Shown: positions 25,303-33,910 of the stretch, piece by piece
Position numbering within the stretch: position 1 is the stretch's first letter
Layout of the letters: each line of letters begins with the position of its first letter
Assembly: GCA_050013535.1 (NCBI GenBank)
Contig: JBEKFB010000001.1
Span: 1-59,588 of the forward strand
Reading direction: 5' to 3'
DNA length: 59,588 nucleotides
From: Bryobacteraceae bacterium
GTDB lineage: Bacteria; Acidobacteriota; Terriglobia; Bryobacterales; Bryobacteraceae
The notes under the pieces: model-generated
The model's database searches: none
What the model saw: only the letters and a program-made list of their open reading frames with translations
What the model was told of the DNA's origin: nothing
Position numbers and translations under genes: made by a program

Positions 25303-26697
25303 CTAGATAACGCCATTGGTCATCTCCAGAAGGGCCGTAAGCATGTCGTTAATTGTCGTGACGGTTTGCGCCGACGCTTCGTAGCCCTGCTGAAACTGGA
25401 CCATCTGCGAAGCTTCCTGGTTCAGCGATATGCCCGATACCTGCGAAAGCGCGTTCTGCGCCTGGCTGAACAAGTCCTGTTGGGTGGTCTGATTGGCGGA
25501 AGCGGTGGATTCCTGCTGGCCGATGCCGGAAGCGATGTTCGAATAGAAATCGGTGTAGCCAATCCCCAGCACGGGATCCGGCGCGGTGCTGAGGGCAGCA
25601 AGCGCATCGGCGGTTCCGTTGCTCGAGGCCGCGTTCGACGCCACCAGTTGCGCGGCGGTCATGTTAGGGTTCACGGCCAGAGTCTGCGCGGCCGCGGTGG
25701 CGCCGCCCGACGTCGTGAATAACGGGATGCCTGAGGCCGGCGTAACGATGCTGTTCACCTCGTTCGCCAGAGCCGACGCCAGTTGATTGAGGCTGCCCGC
25801 GTTCTGCGAATCGCCCATGACTCCCGCCAGGGTGCTGTTGCTGAATGTGAGCAGCGCCGCCAACGTTCCCTGGCTGATGGTGCTGGTGACGTCCTGCCCG
25901 TCGGAATTTGTGATGGTGGCCGTGGGGGGCGCTTGCGGATTCGCGGGATGCGCCGGCGTGGTGAAGGAGACGCTGAGCTGGTCCTGCGTGGTTCCCATCA
26001 CCAGGGGCGTCTGGCCGCCCATAAGCACGTCCACCGTTCCATCGTTCTGATATTGGACGCTGATGCTGGTGAGATTCGAAAGCGACTGCAGATCGGTGTT
26101 CAACTTAGCGCCCAGACCCACGTCTTTGCCCCCGCCGTTGCGGATCTGCACATTGATCTGCTGGATCTGCGCCGAAAGCGCATTGATCTGGTTGACCGTG
26201 TCCTGGAGTTGCTGATTGGTTTGCGTAGATAACTGGGTGACGCTGGAAGCGGTGTCGTTAAACGCCTCCGTAACCTGCTGTGCCGCCGTCATCACGGTTT
26301 GTTCGGCCGAAGCATCGTTCGGCGAAGTGCTCCACGCGGAAAAAGCCGAAAACAGGCTGCTCAGGGCCGCCGGGATGCCGCTGTTGCCGGACACATCGAA
26401 ATTCCCCTGCAGCGAGCTGAGGCTGGAAGCCGCCTGCGTCGCGGTGCCCAACAAGGAATTCTGCGTTTGTACGGCCTGTTCGGCGTAATTGTTCTGCGAG
26501 CTCTGGACCGGGCCGAACAGCACGCCTCCGGTGGTGCCCGTCTGCGGGTCGAACGAAGCAGCCACCATCGTCGGGGTTTGCAGCACGTAGCCCGGCGTGG
26601 ACGCGTTCGTCACATTGTTCTGGAGCACTCCCACGGCCTGTTCCACCACATCCATCGCGTTGGCTGCCAGGTTCAGGGAGGCGAGGAGATTACCCAT
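25303..26697 (-). CDS. flgK: flagellar hook-filament junction protein FlgK
   Basis: N-terminus ...LQNNVTNASTPGY and C-terminus ...SGISLNQEASQMVQFQQGYEASAQ are FlgK/rod-family motifs. Confidence 0.9.
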   Translation of the reverse strand: MGNLLASLNLAANAMDVVEQAVGVLQNNVTNASTPGYVLQTPTMVAASFDPQTGTTGGVLFGPVQSSQNNYAEQAVQTQNSLLGTATQAASSLSSLQGNFDVSGNSGIPAALSSLFSAFSAWSTSPNDASAEQTVMTAAQQVTEAFNDTASSVTQLSTQTNQQLQDTVNQINALSAQIQQINVQIRNGGGKDVGLGAKLNTDLQSLSNLTSISVQYQNDGTVDVLMGGQTPLVMGTTQDQLSVSFTTPAHPANPQAPPTATITNSDGQDVTSTISQGTLAALLTFSNSTLAGVMGDSQNAGSLNQLASALANEVNSIVTPASGIPLFTTSGGATAAAQTLAVNPNMTAAQLVASNAASSNGTADALAALSTAPDPVLGIGYTDFYSNIASGIGQQESTASANQTTQQDLFSQAQNALSQVSGISLNQEASQMVQFQQGYEASAQTVTTINDMLTALLEMTNGVI

Positions 26698-26711
26698 GGA
26701 ATGCTCTCTTG

Positions 26712-27071
26712 CTAAACGTTCAGCGTCACTCGGCCGCGGCCTTCATCGCGAAGCAATTGGCCGTCGGGCGCGTACGACGGAGGACCGGTCACCGCGGAGG
26801 AAACCCAGCCGCAATAGAGGGCCGCCGCGGAATCAAGCAGCGCCTGGACACGTGCGGCATGCATCCGGATGCGTTGTACTACGCCTGCCAACTCGCTTCG
26901 ATCGACATTGGAAAAGCCGCCGCTTGTCGCCAGCCGGAGTTTCCCGGCGGCCTCGCTGAGCGCTCCCGGACATCCCGGCGCATCGAAGCGCATGGCCACC
27001 AGGTACGCGATGGCACGGCGAAGATTGTCGTCGGCTTCTTCCAGAGACCGCAGCGCCTGTTCCTTCGCCAT
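26712..27071 (-). CDS. hypothetical helical protein in the flgN position
   Basis: 119 aa between flgM and flgK, where flgN usually sits. Sequence not recognisably FlgN by eye. Confidence 0.4.
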   Translation of the reverse strand: MAKEQALRSLEEADDNLRRAIAYLVAMRFDAPGCPGALSEAAGKLRLATSGGFSNVDRSELAGVVQRIRMHAARVQALLDSAAALYCGWVSSAVTGPPSYAPDGQLLRDEGRGRVTLNV

Positions 27072-27086
27072 ACTTCAATCCATTGG

Positions 27087-27383
27087 TCAGCCGCCCTGCA
27101 ACATGCTGTCCACCATGGCGCTGGCCACCTGGCCCGCATCCACGTTGTACTGGCCGCTCTGCAGAAGCTGGGAAATGCTGTCGATCTTTGCCTGGCGCGT
27201 GGAAGAGACCGAACCCGCGGAAAGCGAAACAAGGTCGCTCGCGCTCGACAAATACGCCTGATCCTGATCGGCGCCGCCGGCCTGATACTGCCGGGCGGCC
27301 GAAGGTGCATTCGTAGGAGTCCTCGGTTCCGCGGTGTTGCCTGCGCCGTTGACACCGCCGCTGTTGGCCGGATCGATTCTCAT
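27087..27383 (-). CDS. flgM: anti-sigma-28 factor FlgM
   Basis: 98 aa. C-terminus ...KIDSISQLLQSGQYNVDAGQVASAMVDSML matches the FlgM signature. GGAGG Shine-Dalgarno box 9 nt upstream. Confidence 0.8.
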   Translation of the reverse strand: MRIDPANSGGVNGAGNTAEPRTPTNAPSAARQYQAGGADQDQAYLSSASDLVSLSAGSVSSTRQAKIDSISQLLQSGQYNVDAGQVASAMVDSMLQGG

Positions 27384-27420
27384 AGTCCGTCGCCTCCATC
27401 TCTAAACGAGTTCATATGGC

Positions 27421-27447
27421 TATATCGCTGATCGATCCTCCGTTTTA
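27421..27447 (-). promoter_or_regulatory. sigma-28 (FliA) promoter for flgM: CTCTAAA-N15-GCGATATA
   Basis: Minus strand reads TAAA (27447..27444), a 15-nt spacer, then GCGATATA (28..21). One mismatch to the TAAA-N15-GCCGATAT class consensus. Confidence 0.6.
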
Positions 27448-27861
27448 GAGCGATTCCGGGGCCCTGGCGCCCGCGCTGTTAAGTACCATTCGGTGAATCT
27501 TTATAATGAGATCCACTTCGCCCTGCCGCATGCCGAGGGCGGAGGCGATTTGCCGGGGGGTGTCGCCCCGCCTGAATAAACGAAGCACCTGGCCGCGGCG
27601 ATTCAGGTTGACCGACGCGTTCCCGGACCAGACCGTGGGAGCCGGCGGCGGTTGCATGGCGTCCTCCAGACGCGCGCGAATCTGCTCGAAAGCGGCGCTT
27701 AGGCCGTCCACGGTTTCTTCGACATTGCCGTTTGAGCCGCCCGGCTTCCTTCGGATTTCGAGCTTCAACGAAATGAACAGCACGATGCACGCGATCAGGC
27801 CCGCCGCCAGCAGCACGTAAGGCAGCCCGGGGCTGAGAAGAATCTGTTCGAAGACGCTCAT
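27445..27861 (-). CDS. small membrane protein with C-terminal helix-turn-helix-like segment (DUF2802-like?)
   Basis: Start set to the ATG at 27861 (ATGA overlap with the fliN-long stop). TM helix GLPYVLLAAGLIACIVLFISL and C-terminus RGDTPRQIASALGMRQGEVDLIIKIH. Confidence 0.5.
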   Translation of the reverse strand: MSVFEQILLSPGLPYVLLAAGLIACIVLFISLKLEIRRKPGGSNGNVEETVDGLSAAFEQIRARLEDAMQPPPAPTVWSGNASVNLNRRGQVLRLFRRGDTPRQIASALGMRQGEVDLIIKIHRMVLNSAGARAPESL

Positions 27862-28745
27862 GCGCTGATCCTCGTTGGCTGGTATGGATTCGTACCGGTC
27901 AGATGCTGCAGAGACAGGCGTTCGCCGCGGCTTATGATTTCGTGGATGCGCACACCATAGTTGCCGTCGATCACCACAACTTCCCCTCGGGCGATCACGC
28001 AATTATTGACCACCACTTCGACATATTGATTAACGGGACGGTCCAGCTCGATGATCGAGCCAGTGGCCAGTTTCAGGACATCGCGAACCGGCAGAAAGGT
28101 ACGGCCGAAGGACACGCTCACTGGCATTTCGACGTCGAGTAGCAGATCGAGCGCGGGAGGAACTGCGCTCTGGCCTTGCTTTTCCGGCGAAACGACCGCG
28201 GCCTCCTGGCCCGGTTCGGCATCGTCACTGTCTTCCTGCAGCGCAAGAGCGTCCAGGAAAGCCCAGGGGAAGCTGATGAATAACGGCTCGAACTCCGTTC
28301 CGCCCATCGACAGCGTGACGATTGCGGCTATGCCGTCTGTGAGCGTCCCCGATGCTTCCGCGGCGACGCCGTTGCTCACCGGCGTTCCGAAGCGCATCCC
28401 AGCGTGCTGCGCGAGCCCACTGGCCGTCTGAGTCAGGATCTCCTGCCACGTCTCCTTCAGCAGATTCTCGTCAAATTCCTCAATGCCGCTCGCCGTGAGA
28501 ACCACTTTGGCGATGCCGGCGCTGGTGTCACTCGGCGTCGAAATGCGCAGTGGCGCTGTGGACGCATGACTGAAGAGGTACTCGATTGCGGGCAGTTCAC
28601 CGGCTTGTGCCGCCATTTCCGGATCGGCTGGGGAGGACTGCGCGGTGAGTGGCTGCTGCGCCATCATCTCCACGGCTGTGCGCAGGCTGGTCGTCCATTC
28701 GCGGGCGAGTTCGGCGGCTAGCTGAGTACGCTCGGGACCGTTCAT
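27858..28745 (-). CDS. FliN/FliY-family switch protein with a long N-terminal extension (295 aa)
   Basis: C-terminal SpoA domain LLDVEMPVSVSFGRTFLPVRDVLKLATGSIIELDRPVNQYVEVVVNNCVIARGEVVVIDGNYGVRI. Start set to the ATG at 28745, 2 nt after the fliA stop. Confidence 0.8.
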   Translation of the reverse strand: MNGPERTQLAAELAREWTTSLRTAVEMMAQQPLTAQSSPADPEMAAQAGELPAIEYLFSHASTAPLRISTPSDTSAGIAKVVLTASGIEEFDENLLKETWQEILTQTASGLAQHAGMRFGTPVSNGVAAEASGTLTDGIAAIVTLSMGGTEFEPLFISFPWAFLDALALQEDSDDAEPGQEAAVVSPEKQGQSAVPPALDLLLDVEMPVSVSFGRTFLPVRDVLKLATGSIIELDRPVNQYVEVVVNNCVIARGEVVVIDGNYGVRIHEIISRGERLSLQHLTGTNPYQPTRISA

Positions 28746-28749
28746 GGCG

Positions 28750-29550
28750 TCAGTAAATTCCCTTCCGGCTTGGCCACTTCTTCTCGATGTACGCGCGGAG
28801 CCGTAAGATACCCTGTAGCCGCAACTGCGAGACGCGGGTAACATGGAGATTCATGATCGGGGCGATCTCGCGCAGGTTTAGTTCTTCCTTGTAATAGAGG
28901 CTAAGCACGGTACGCTCGTTCTCGGGCATCTTGTTGATACCGGCCATGATCACGCGCTCCAGCTCGGAACGCTCCAGGATGCGCGCGGGCGATTCCTGCT
29001 CGTCGCCCGAAATGAATTTCAGAAGGCTGATTTCTTCGCCGTCCTCGATGATGTCCAGACTACCCAGAGAGACGCCACGAAGATCCACCAGCCATTGCTG
29101 GTACTCGGCGACGGAGAGTCCCAGTTCAGCGGCGATCTCCTCGTCGTTTGGCGCGCGCTTGAGCCGCTGCTCCGCGCTTGCAATGGCCGCTTCCAGCACT
29201 TTGACGCGCTTGCGCTTGTGCGTGGGGATGCCGTCCAGCCCGCGGATGCTGTCGAGGATGGCCCCGCGGATCTTGTATTCGGCGTATGTCCGCAGCGTGG
29301 CATTGTGGCCAGGATCGAAATTGTCGATGGCCGCAATCAGGCCGATTATGCCGGCCGAGATGAGATCTTCGATCTGAATGTTAGGCGGCAACTTCTCCTG
29401 AATTCGCGACGCGATCCAGTTCACCTGGGCCATGTGCTCCAGAATGAGCCGTTCACGGTCTTCCGGCGATCGCTCGGTCTGAGTTGCGTAACCCAACATA
29501 TCGGACCCCTGATGACCACTCAGGCCGCTGTCAGCGCTGGCTCCTGCCAT
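28750..29550 (-). CDS. fliA: RNA polymerase sigma-28 factor FliA
   Basis: Sigma-70 family regions 2-4 (...LISAGIIGLIAAIDNFDP..., ...LSLYYKEELNLREIA...VSQL). An alternative start at 29499 would remove the 31-nt overlap with flhF. Confidence 0.9.
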   Translation of the reverse strand: MAGASADSGLSGHQGSDMLGYATQTERSPEDRERLILEHMAQVNWIASRIQEKLPPNIQIEDLISAGIIGLIAAIDNFDPGHNATLRTYAEYKIRGAILDSIRGLDGIPTHKRKRVKVLEAAIASAEQRLKRAPNDEEIAAELGLSVAEYQQWLVDLRGVSLGSLDIIEDGEEISLLKFISGDEQESPARILERSELERVIMAGINKMPENERTVLSLYYKEELNLREIAPIMNLHVTRVSQLRLQGILRLRAYIEKKWPSRKGIY

Positions 29551-30680
29551 CCCTCAAACACCTTTCGGATCAGCCGGTCTTTGGAAGCCTCGGTGAGATC
29601 TTCGGGAACCTGCTGACCGCAACCAAAATAAGAAAGCGGCAACCGGGAACGCATAGCCTGCTCCACGATGCCGCCACCGGCGCAGTCGTCATCCACATTG
29701 GTGAACAGCAGCCGGGCCGGTTGAAAAATCGAAAAACGTTCGACAACTCGCGACAACGCCGCCGCCCGCATGGTCGCCGGCATCACCAGTTGCACTTCAA
29801 TCAAACGATGCCGTGAGAGAAACAGCGCCAGTTCGGCCGCTTCGTCCGTGTCGGCGGGGCCGAAACCTGGCGTGTCGATCAGCACCAGATCCTTGCCGCT
29901 GGCTTCTTCCAAAGCCTGCGCCAGGCCAGTCATCGTATCCACAGCCTGGAAGGCAATGCCGATAATGGCGGCGTAGGCGCGCAACTGTTCCGAGCCCGAG
30001 ACGCGGTACGTGTCCGTCGAGAGAATCTGCAGCGGCTTGCGGCTGGTGAGCCCGTACTTCAGCGCGAGCTTGACGATTGTGGTGGTTTTGCCCGAACCCG
30101 GAGGCCCCACCAGTGCGGTCACCCGCCGATCCGCCCCAGGCATGCCCAAACCGGGCGCCGTTTCGAAGCGGGAATCCAACTCAGCGGCGATGGCGTCTTT
30201 CAGGATTTCGGGCGTTAGCGCCTGATTTCCACCGCGCTCGCCGCTCACTCGCGCCTCCACGGCCTGCAACAACTCGTGCGCGCATTCCTCGCTGAAATCG
30301 GCGTTGAGCAGACGCAGGTAGAGCTCTGCCAGGTCGGGAGCCGCGCCTGGGGCCGTCCAGCGCATGTGAAAGCTCTGGCGCGACATGGACCGGCGGACCG
30401 TTTCAATCTGGCGGCGAAGATCGGCAATTTCCAATGCCAGCGTGTCCGGCTTGCCGTTCGGCGCGGGGGGAAGAGCCGGCGTTGTCTGAGAAGAAGAGGC
30501 GCTGACGGCGGGGCCGACGTCGGCAAACGCCAGACCGAACACCACCTCATAACGGCCCAGATGGCGAAGCTCCGGGCCGGTGGACTTGGAGTTCATGATC
30601 ATGGCCTCGGGTCCCAGCTCGATCCGCGCCTTGTCCATGGCCTCTTCCACCGATTCCGCGAAATAGGACTTGATTCTCAT
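29520..30680 (-). CDS. flhF: flagellar biosynthesis GTPase FlhF
   Basis: SRP-type GTPase motifs LVGPPGSGKTTT, LIDTPG and TNVDD. N-terminus MRIKSYFAESVEEAM is FlhF-like. Confidence 0.9.
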   Translation of the reverse strand: MRIKSYFAESVEEAMDKARIELGPEAMIMNSKSTGPELRHLGRYEVVFGLAFADVGPAVSASSSQTTPALPPAPNGKPDTLALEIADLRRQIETVRRSMSRQSFHMRWTAPGAAPDLAELYLRLLNADFSEECAHELLQAVEARVSGERGGNQALTPEILKDAIAAELDSRFETAPGLGMPGADRRVTALVGPPGSGKTTTIVKLALKYGLTSRKPLQILSTDTYRVSGSEQLRAYAAIIGIAFQAVDTMTGLAQALEEASGKDLVLIDTPGFGPADTDEAAELALFLSRHRLIEVQLVMPATMRAAALSRVVERFSIFQPARLLFTNVDDDCAGGGIVEQAMRSRLPLSYFGCGQQVPEDLTEASKDRLIRKVFEGWQEPALTAA

Positions 30681-30687
30681 GAGCTCC

Positions 30688-32772
30688 TCAGATCACTCCG
30701 AGCGAAAGCACCTTGACGCCCGCGGGCACTTCGTTATGCGAGAGGAAGAACAGGTTGCCAAGCGAGGGTTCGGCAATCTGACGCAGGAAATAGCGCGCGC
30801 CCGAGCTGGTGATCACCGCCACCGGCATTTCGGGCTTCTCCACCTTGCGCTCGATTCGATTCAGAATGTCGCGAACCACCTGCGGTGAAAGCGCCAGAAT
30901 GCTGTTCTGCTCGGTATGCTGAACTGCGCCTTCCACCATCTGCTCCACCGAGGCCTCCATCAGCCACGCGGGCAGTTCGCCTTTCTGGTTCAGGTAAGGT
31001 TTCACGACCGTCCTTCGAATGGACTGCCGCACATACTCGGTAAGCAGCACCGGATTCTTGCTGGTGGGCGCCGCCTCCCCGAGCGCTTCGAGGATCGAAA
31101 CGCCATCGCGAATCGAAACCCGCTCGCGCAGCAGGTTCTGCAATACACGCTGAACTACGGCGAGTGAGAGCAACTTCGGGACCAGATCCTCAACCACCTT
31201 GGGATTGTCCTGGGCCACGCGATCGCAGAACGCTTTGGCATCCTGGCGGGAGAACAGCTCGTGAGCGTAACGGCGAATGGTTTCCGAGAAATGGGTCCCC
31301 AGTACGTTGACGGCGTCCACCACCGTGTAGCCGGCTGTACGGGCGGCGTCCACGCGGTCATTGGGCACCCATAGCGCGGGTAAACCAAACGCCGGCTCTT
31401 TTGTTTGTTGGCCCGTGAAAGTCTTATCGGCTTTGGCGGTGGGTATGGCCAATTCGCTGCCTGGCAGCAGTTCGTAGCGCGAAAGCTCGGTTCCCTTGAG
31501 CAGAATTATGTATTCCCGGGAGCGCAGCGACAGATTGTCGGTGACCCGAACCGGCGGGAGCAGATAGCCGAGGCTGGTGACCAGTTGCTTGCGAATCCCG
31601 GCCACCCTTTGCAGCAGCGGCGAATTGTGTCCGCCAGCCACCAGACCGGCCAGACCCAGACCCACTTCGATGGAAACAGGCTCCACGCGGAGCATGGTTT
31701 CGAGGTTCTCTTTGGCGGTTACCGGCGCGGCGAGCGTCTGTTGCTTAACGGCGGCGTCAGATTTTTGACGCTTCAGGAACGCGATTGCCCCCAATCCGCC
31801 GCCCATGATCAGGAACGGAATGGTGGGCAAACCCGGAAATGCCGCCAACGCGAGGAGCACGCCGCTCGACAGGAACAACGGCTGAGTGCGCCCGAACAAC
31901 TGCTTCTGAAATTCCACGCCAACACGCGCGTCCGAACTGGCGCGGGTCACGATGAGGCCACCCGATACCGAGATCATCAGCGCCGGGATCACGGTGACCA
32001 GGCCGTCACCGATGGTGAGGACGGTATAGGTTTGGATGGCGTGGCGGAATTCCATGTTGTGCTGGAAGACGCCGATGAGAAACCCGGCGATAATGTTGAT
32101 GCCGGTGATCAGAATGGAAGCGAGAGCGTCGCGCTGGGTGAAGCGGGATGCGCCGTCCATGGCCCCATAGAATTCCGCTTCGCTGGCTAGTTGTTTGCGC
32201 CGCTGGCGAGCTTCAGTTTCGTTGATCAGCCCGGCGTTGAGATCGGCATCGATCGACATCTGCTTGCCGGGCAAGGCGTCCAAAGTGAAGCGGGCAGCCA
32301 CTTCGGAGATACGCACCGCGCCGTGGTTGATCACCACGTACTGAATGGCGATGAGTACCAGGAAGATCACCGCTCCGATGATGTAATTACCCCCGACGAC
32401 GAAATTGCCAAACGATTCGATCACCTGGCCGGCTGCGGCCGTGCCGGTGTTTCCATTCAGCAGAATCAGGCGCGCCGAGCTCACGTTGAGCGAGAGCCGG
32501 AACAGTGTCAGCAGTAGAAGCGTCGTCGGGAACACGCTGAAATCAACCGGCCGCAGAATGTACATGGCGACCATGAGAACGATGACCGACATGGTGATGT
32601 CGAGCACGATCAGAATGTCCAGCATGAACGGCGGCAGGGGCGTGATGAGCGCCACCACAATGCCCAATACCGCGATGGGCACCGCCATTTCACTGAGGTG
32701 ATCCAGCGTCAGCTTGCTGCCAAGAACACCGGTGCTTTTGGGGGCAGGGATGATTTGAGACTGCGAGGCCAT
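30688..32772 (-). CDS. flhA: flagellar export gate protein FlhA
   Basis: 694 aa, FHIPEP family (...FPGLPT..., cytoplasmic ring domain). Confidence 0.97.
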   Translation of the reverse strand: MASQSQIIPAPKSTGVLGSKLTLDHLSEMAVPIAVLGIVVALITPLPPFMLDILIVLDITMSVIVLMVAMYILRPVDFSVFPTTLLLLTLFRLSLNVSSARLILLNGNTGTAAAGQVIESFGNFVVGGNYIIGAVIFLVLIAIQYVVINHGAVRISEVAARFTLDALPGKQMSIDADLNAGLINETEARQRRKQLASEAEFYGAMDGASRFTQRDALASILITGINIIAGFLIGVFQHNMEFRHAIQTYTVLTIGDGLVTVIPALMISVSGGLIVTRASSDARVGVEFQKQLFGRTQPLFLSSGVLLALAAFPGLPTIPFLIMGGGLGAIAFLKRQKSDAAVKQQTLAAPVTAKENLETMLRVEPVSIEVGLGLAGLVAGGHNSPLLQRVAGIRKQLVTSLGYLLPPVRVTDNLSLRSREYIILLKGTELSRYELLPGSELAIPTAKADKTFTGQQTKEPAFGLPALWVPNDRVDAARTAGYTVVDAVNVLGTHFSETIRRYAHELFSRQDAKAFCDRVAQDNPKVVEDLVPKLLSLAVVQRVLQNLLRERVSIRDGVSILEALGEAAPTSKNPVLLTEYVRQSIRRTVVKPYLNQKGELPAWLMEASVEQMVEGAVQHTEQNSILALSPQVVRDILNRIERKVEKPEMPVAVITSSGARYFLRQIAEPSLGNLFFLSHNEVPAGVKVLSLGVI

Positions 32773-32798
32773 GTCCGCTGATTCTGCTCCGTGAAGAA

Positions 32799-33866
32799 TT
32801 ACGCAGGCACTTTATGGCCCATCAGTTTGTACACGTAGGCGAGGATCTCCGCGATGGCGCGATAGAATTCCTGTGGGATGGCCTGGCCGACATCCGCGGC
32901 CTGATACAAACCCCGCGCCAGCGGCGGGTTTTCGATGATGGGGACCTGATGCTCGGTGGCGATCTGGCGGATTCGCAGCGCCAGCCAGTTGCGCCCCTTG
33001 GCCACGACAATGGGGCACGCCATGGTGTCCATTTCGTAACGGATGGCCACGGCATAATGCGTCGGGTTGACCAGAACGGCGGTGGCTTTGGGGACCTCCT
33101 TCATCATCTGCCGGCGCAGCAGATCGCGGCGCAGACGACGGATGCGCGCTTTGATATAGGGGTCGCCTTCCTGCCGCTTCATCTCGTCGCGCACTTCCTG
33201 TTTGCTCATGCGCAGGCCGGACATGTGCTTGTGGTATTGGCGGAACAAATCGATACAGCCGAACGCCACGAAAACGCCGGCGGCTTTCCACAACACGTTC
33301 TCAAGTGCGCCGGCCACCTGCGCGGTGGCGACATGGACGCTCTGCAGCGGGAGACGAAGGAAAGTGCCCACGTTGTCGCGCGCGATGGATTGCACCGATA
33401 GGCCGACTACAGTGAGCAACATTACCGCTTCAATCAGGGACCACAGATTCTGTTTTGGCAGCTCACTAAGGCGCGTCATCGGATTAAACCGGTCGAACTT
33501 CGGAGAGAGCCGGCTCATGCTGAAGCCGAATTTCGTCAGGCCGAGCTGAACGCCGATCGTGATCAGGAGCAACAAGCCACCGGCCTCGGCGATGGGGATC
33601 AGCGTGTCGCGGAACAGGGTGCCTAACAACACCGGCCATTCGCCGGGACCGATATCGCCTTCAAAAGCGCGTTGAAAGACCGTTCGCGTGGATTGCTCGA
33701 TCTGCGCCTCCCATTTGGGGAACCAGTTAGCGAGGATGATCAGCAGCGCGACAAACTGCAGAGCGGAAACGAATCCACGAGCCGAGAGAAATTGGCCCTG
33801 TTCGCGGGCTTTCTTGAGCCGTTGTGGTGTAGGCTTCTCTGTCTTGCTGGAGTTATCACCGGCCAT
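32799..33866 (-). CDS. flhB: flagellar export switch protein FlhB
   Basis: N-terminus SSKTEKPTPQRLKKAREQGQ and autocleavage site NPTH (VNPTHYAVA). Confidence 0.95.
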   Translation of the reverse strand: MAGDNSSKTEKPTPQRLKKAREQGQFLSARGFVSALQFVALLIILANWFPKWEAQIEQSTRTVFQRAFEGDIGPGEWPVLLGTLFRDTLIPIAEAGGLLLLITIGVQLGLTKFGFSMSRLSPKFDRFNPMTRLSELPKQNLWSLIEAVMLLTVVGLSVQSIARDNVGTFLRLPLQSVHVATAQVAGALENVLWKAAGVFVAFGCIDLFRQYHKHMSGLRMSKQEVRDEMKRQEGDPYIKARIRRLRRDLLRRQMMKEVPKATAVLVNPTHYAVAIRYEMDTMACPIVVAKGRNWLALRIRQIATEHQVPIIENPPLARGLYQAADVGQAIPQEFYRAIAEILAYVYKLMGHKVPA

Positions 33867-33910
33867 GGCGCCTCACCGAGCGAACGCAGCCGACACCGCG
33901 TGTCCGTGAT

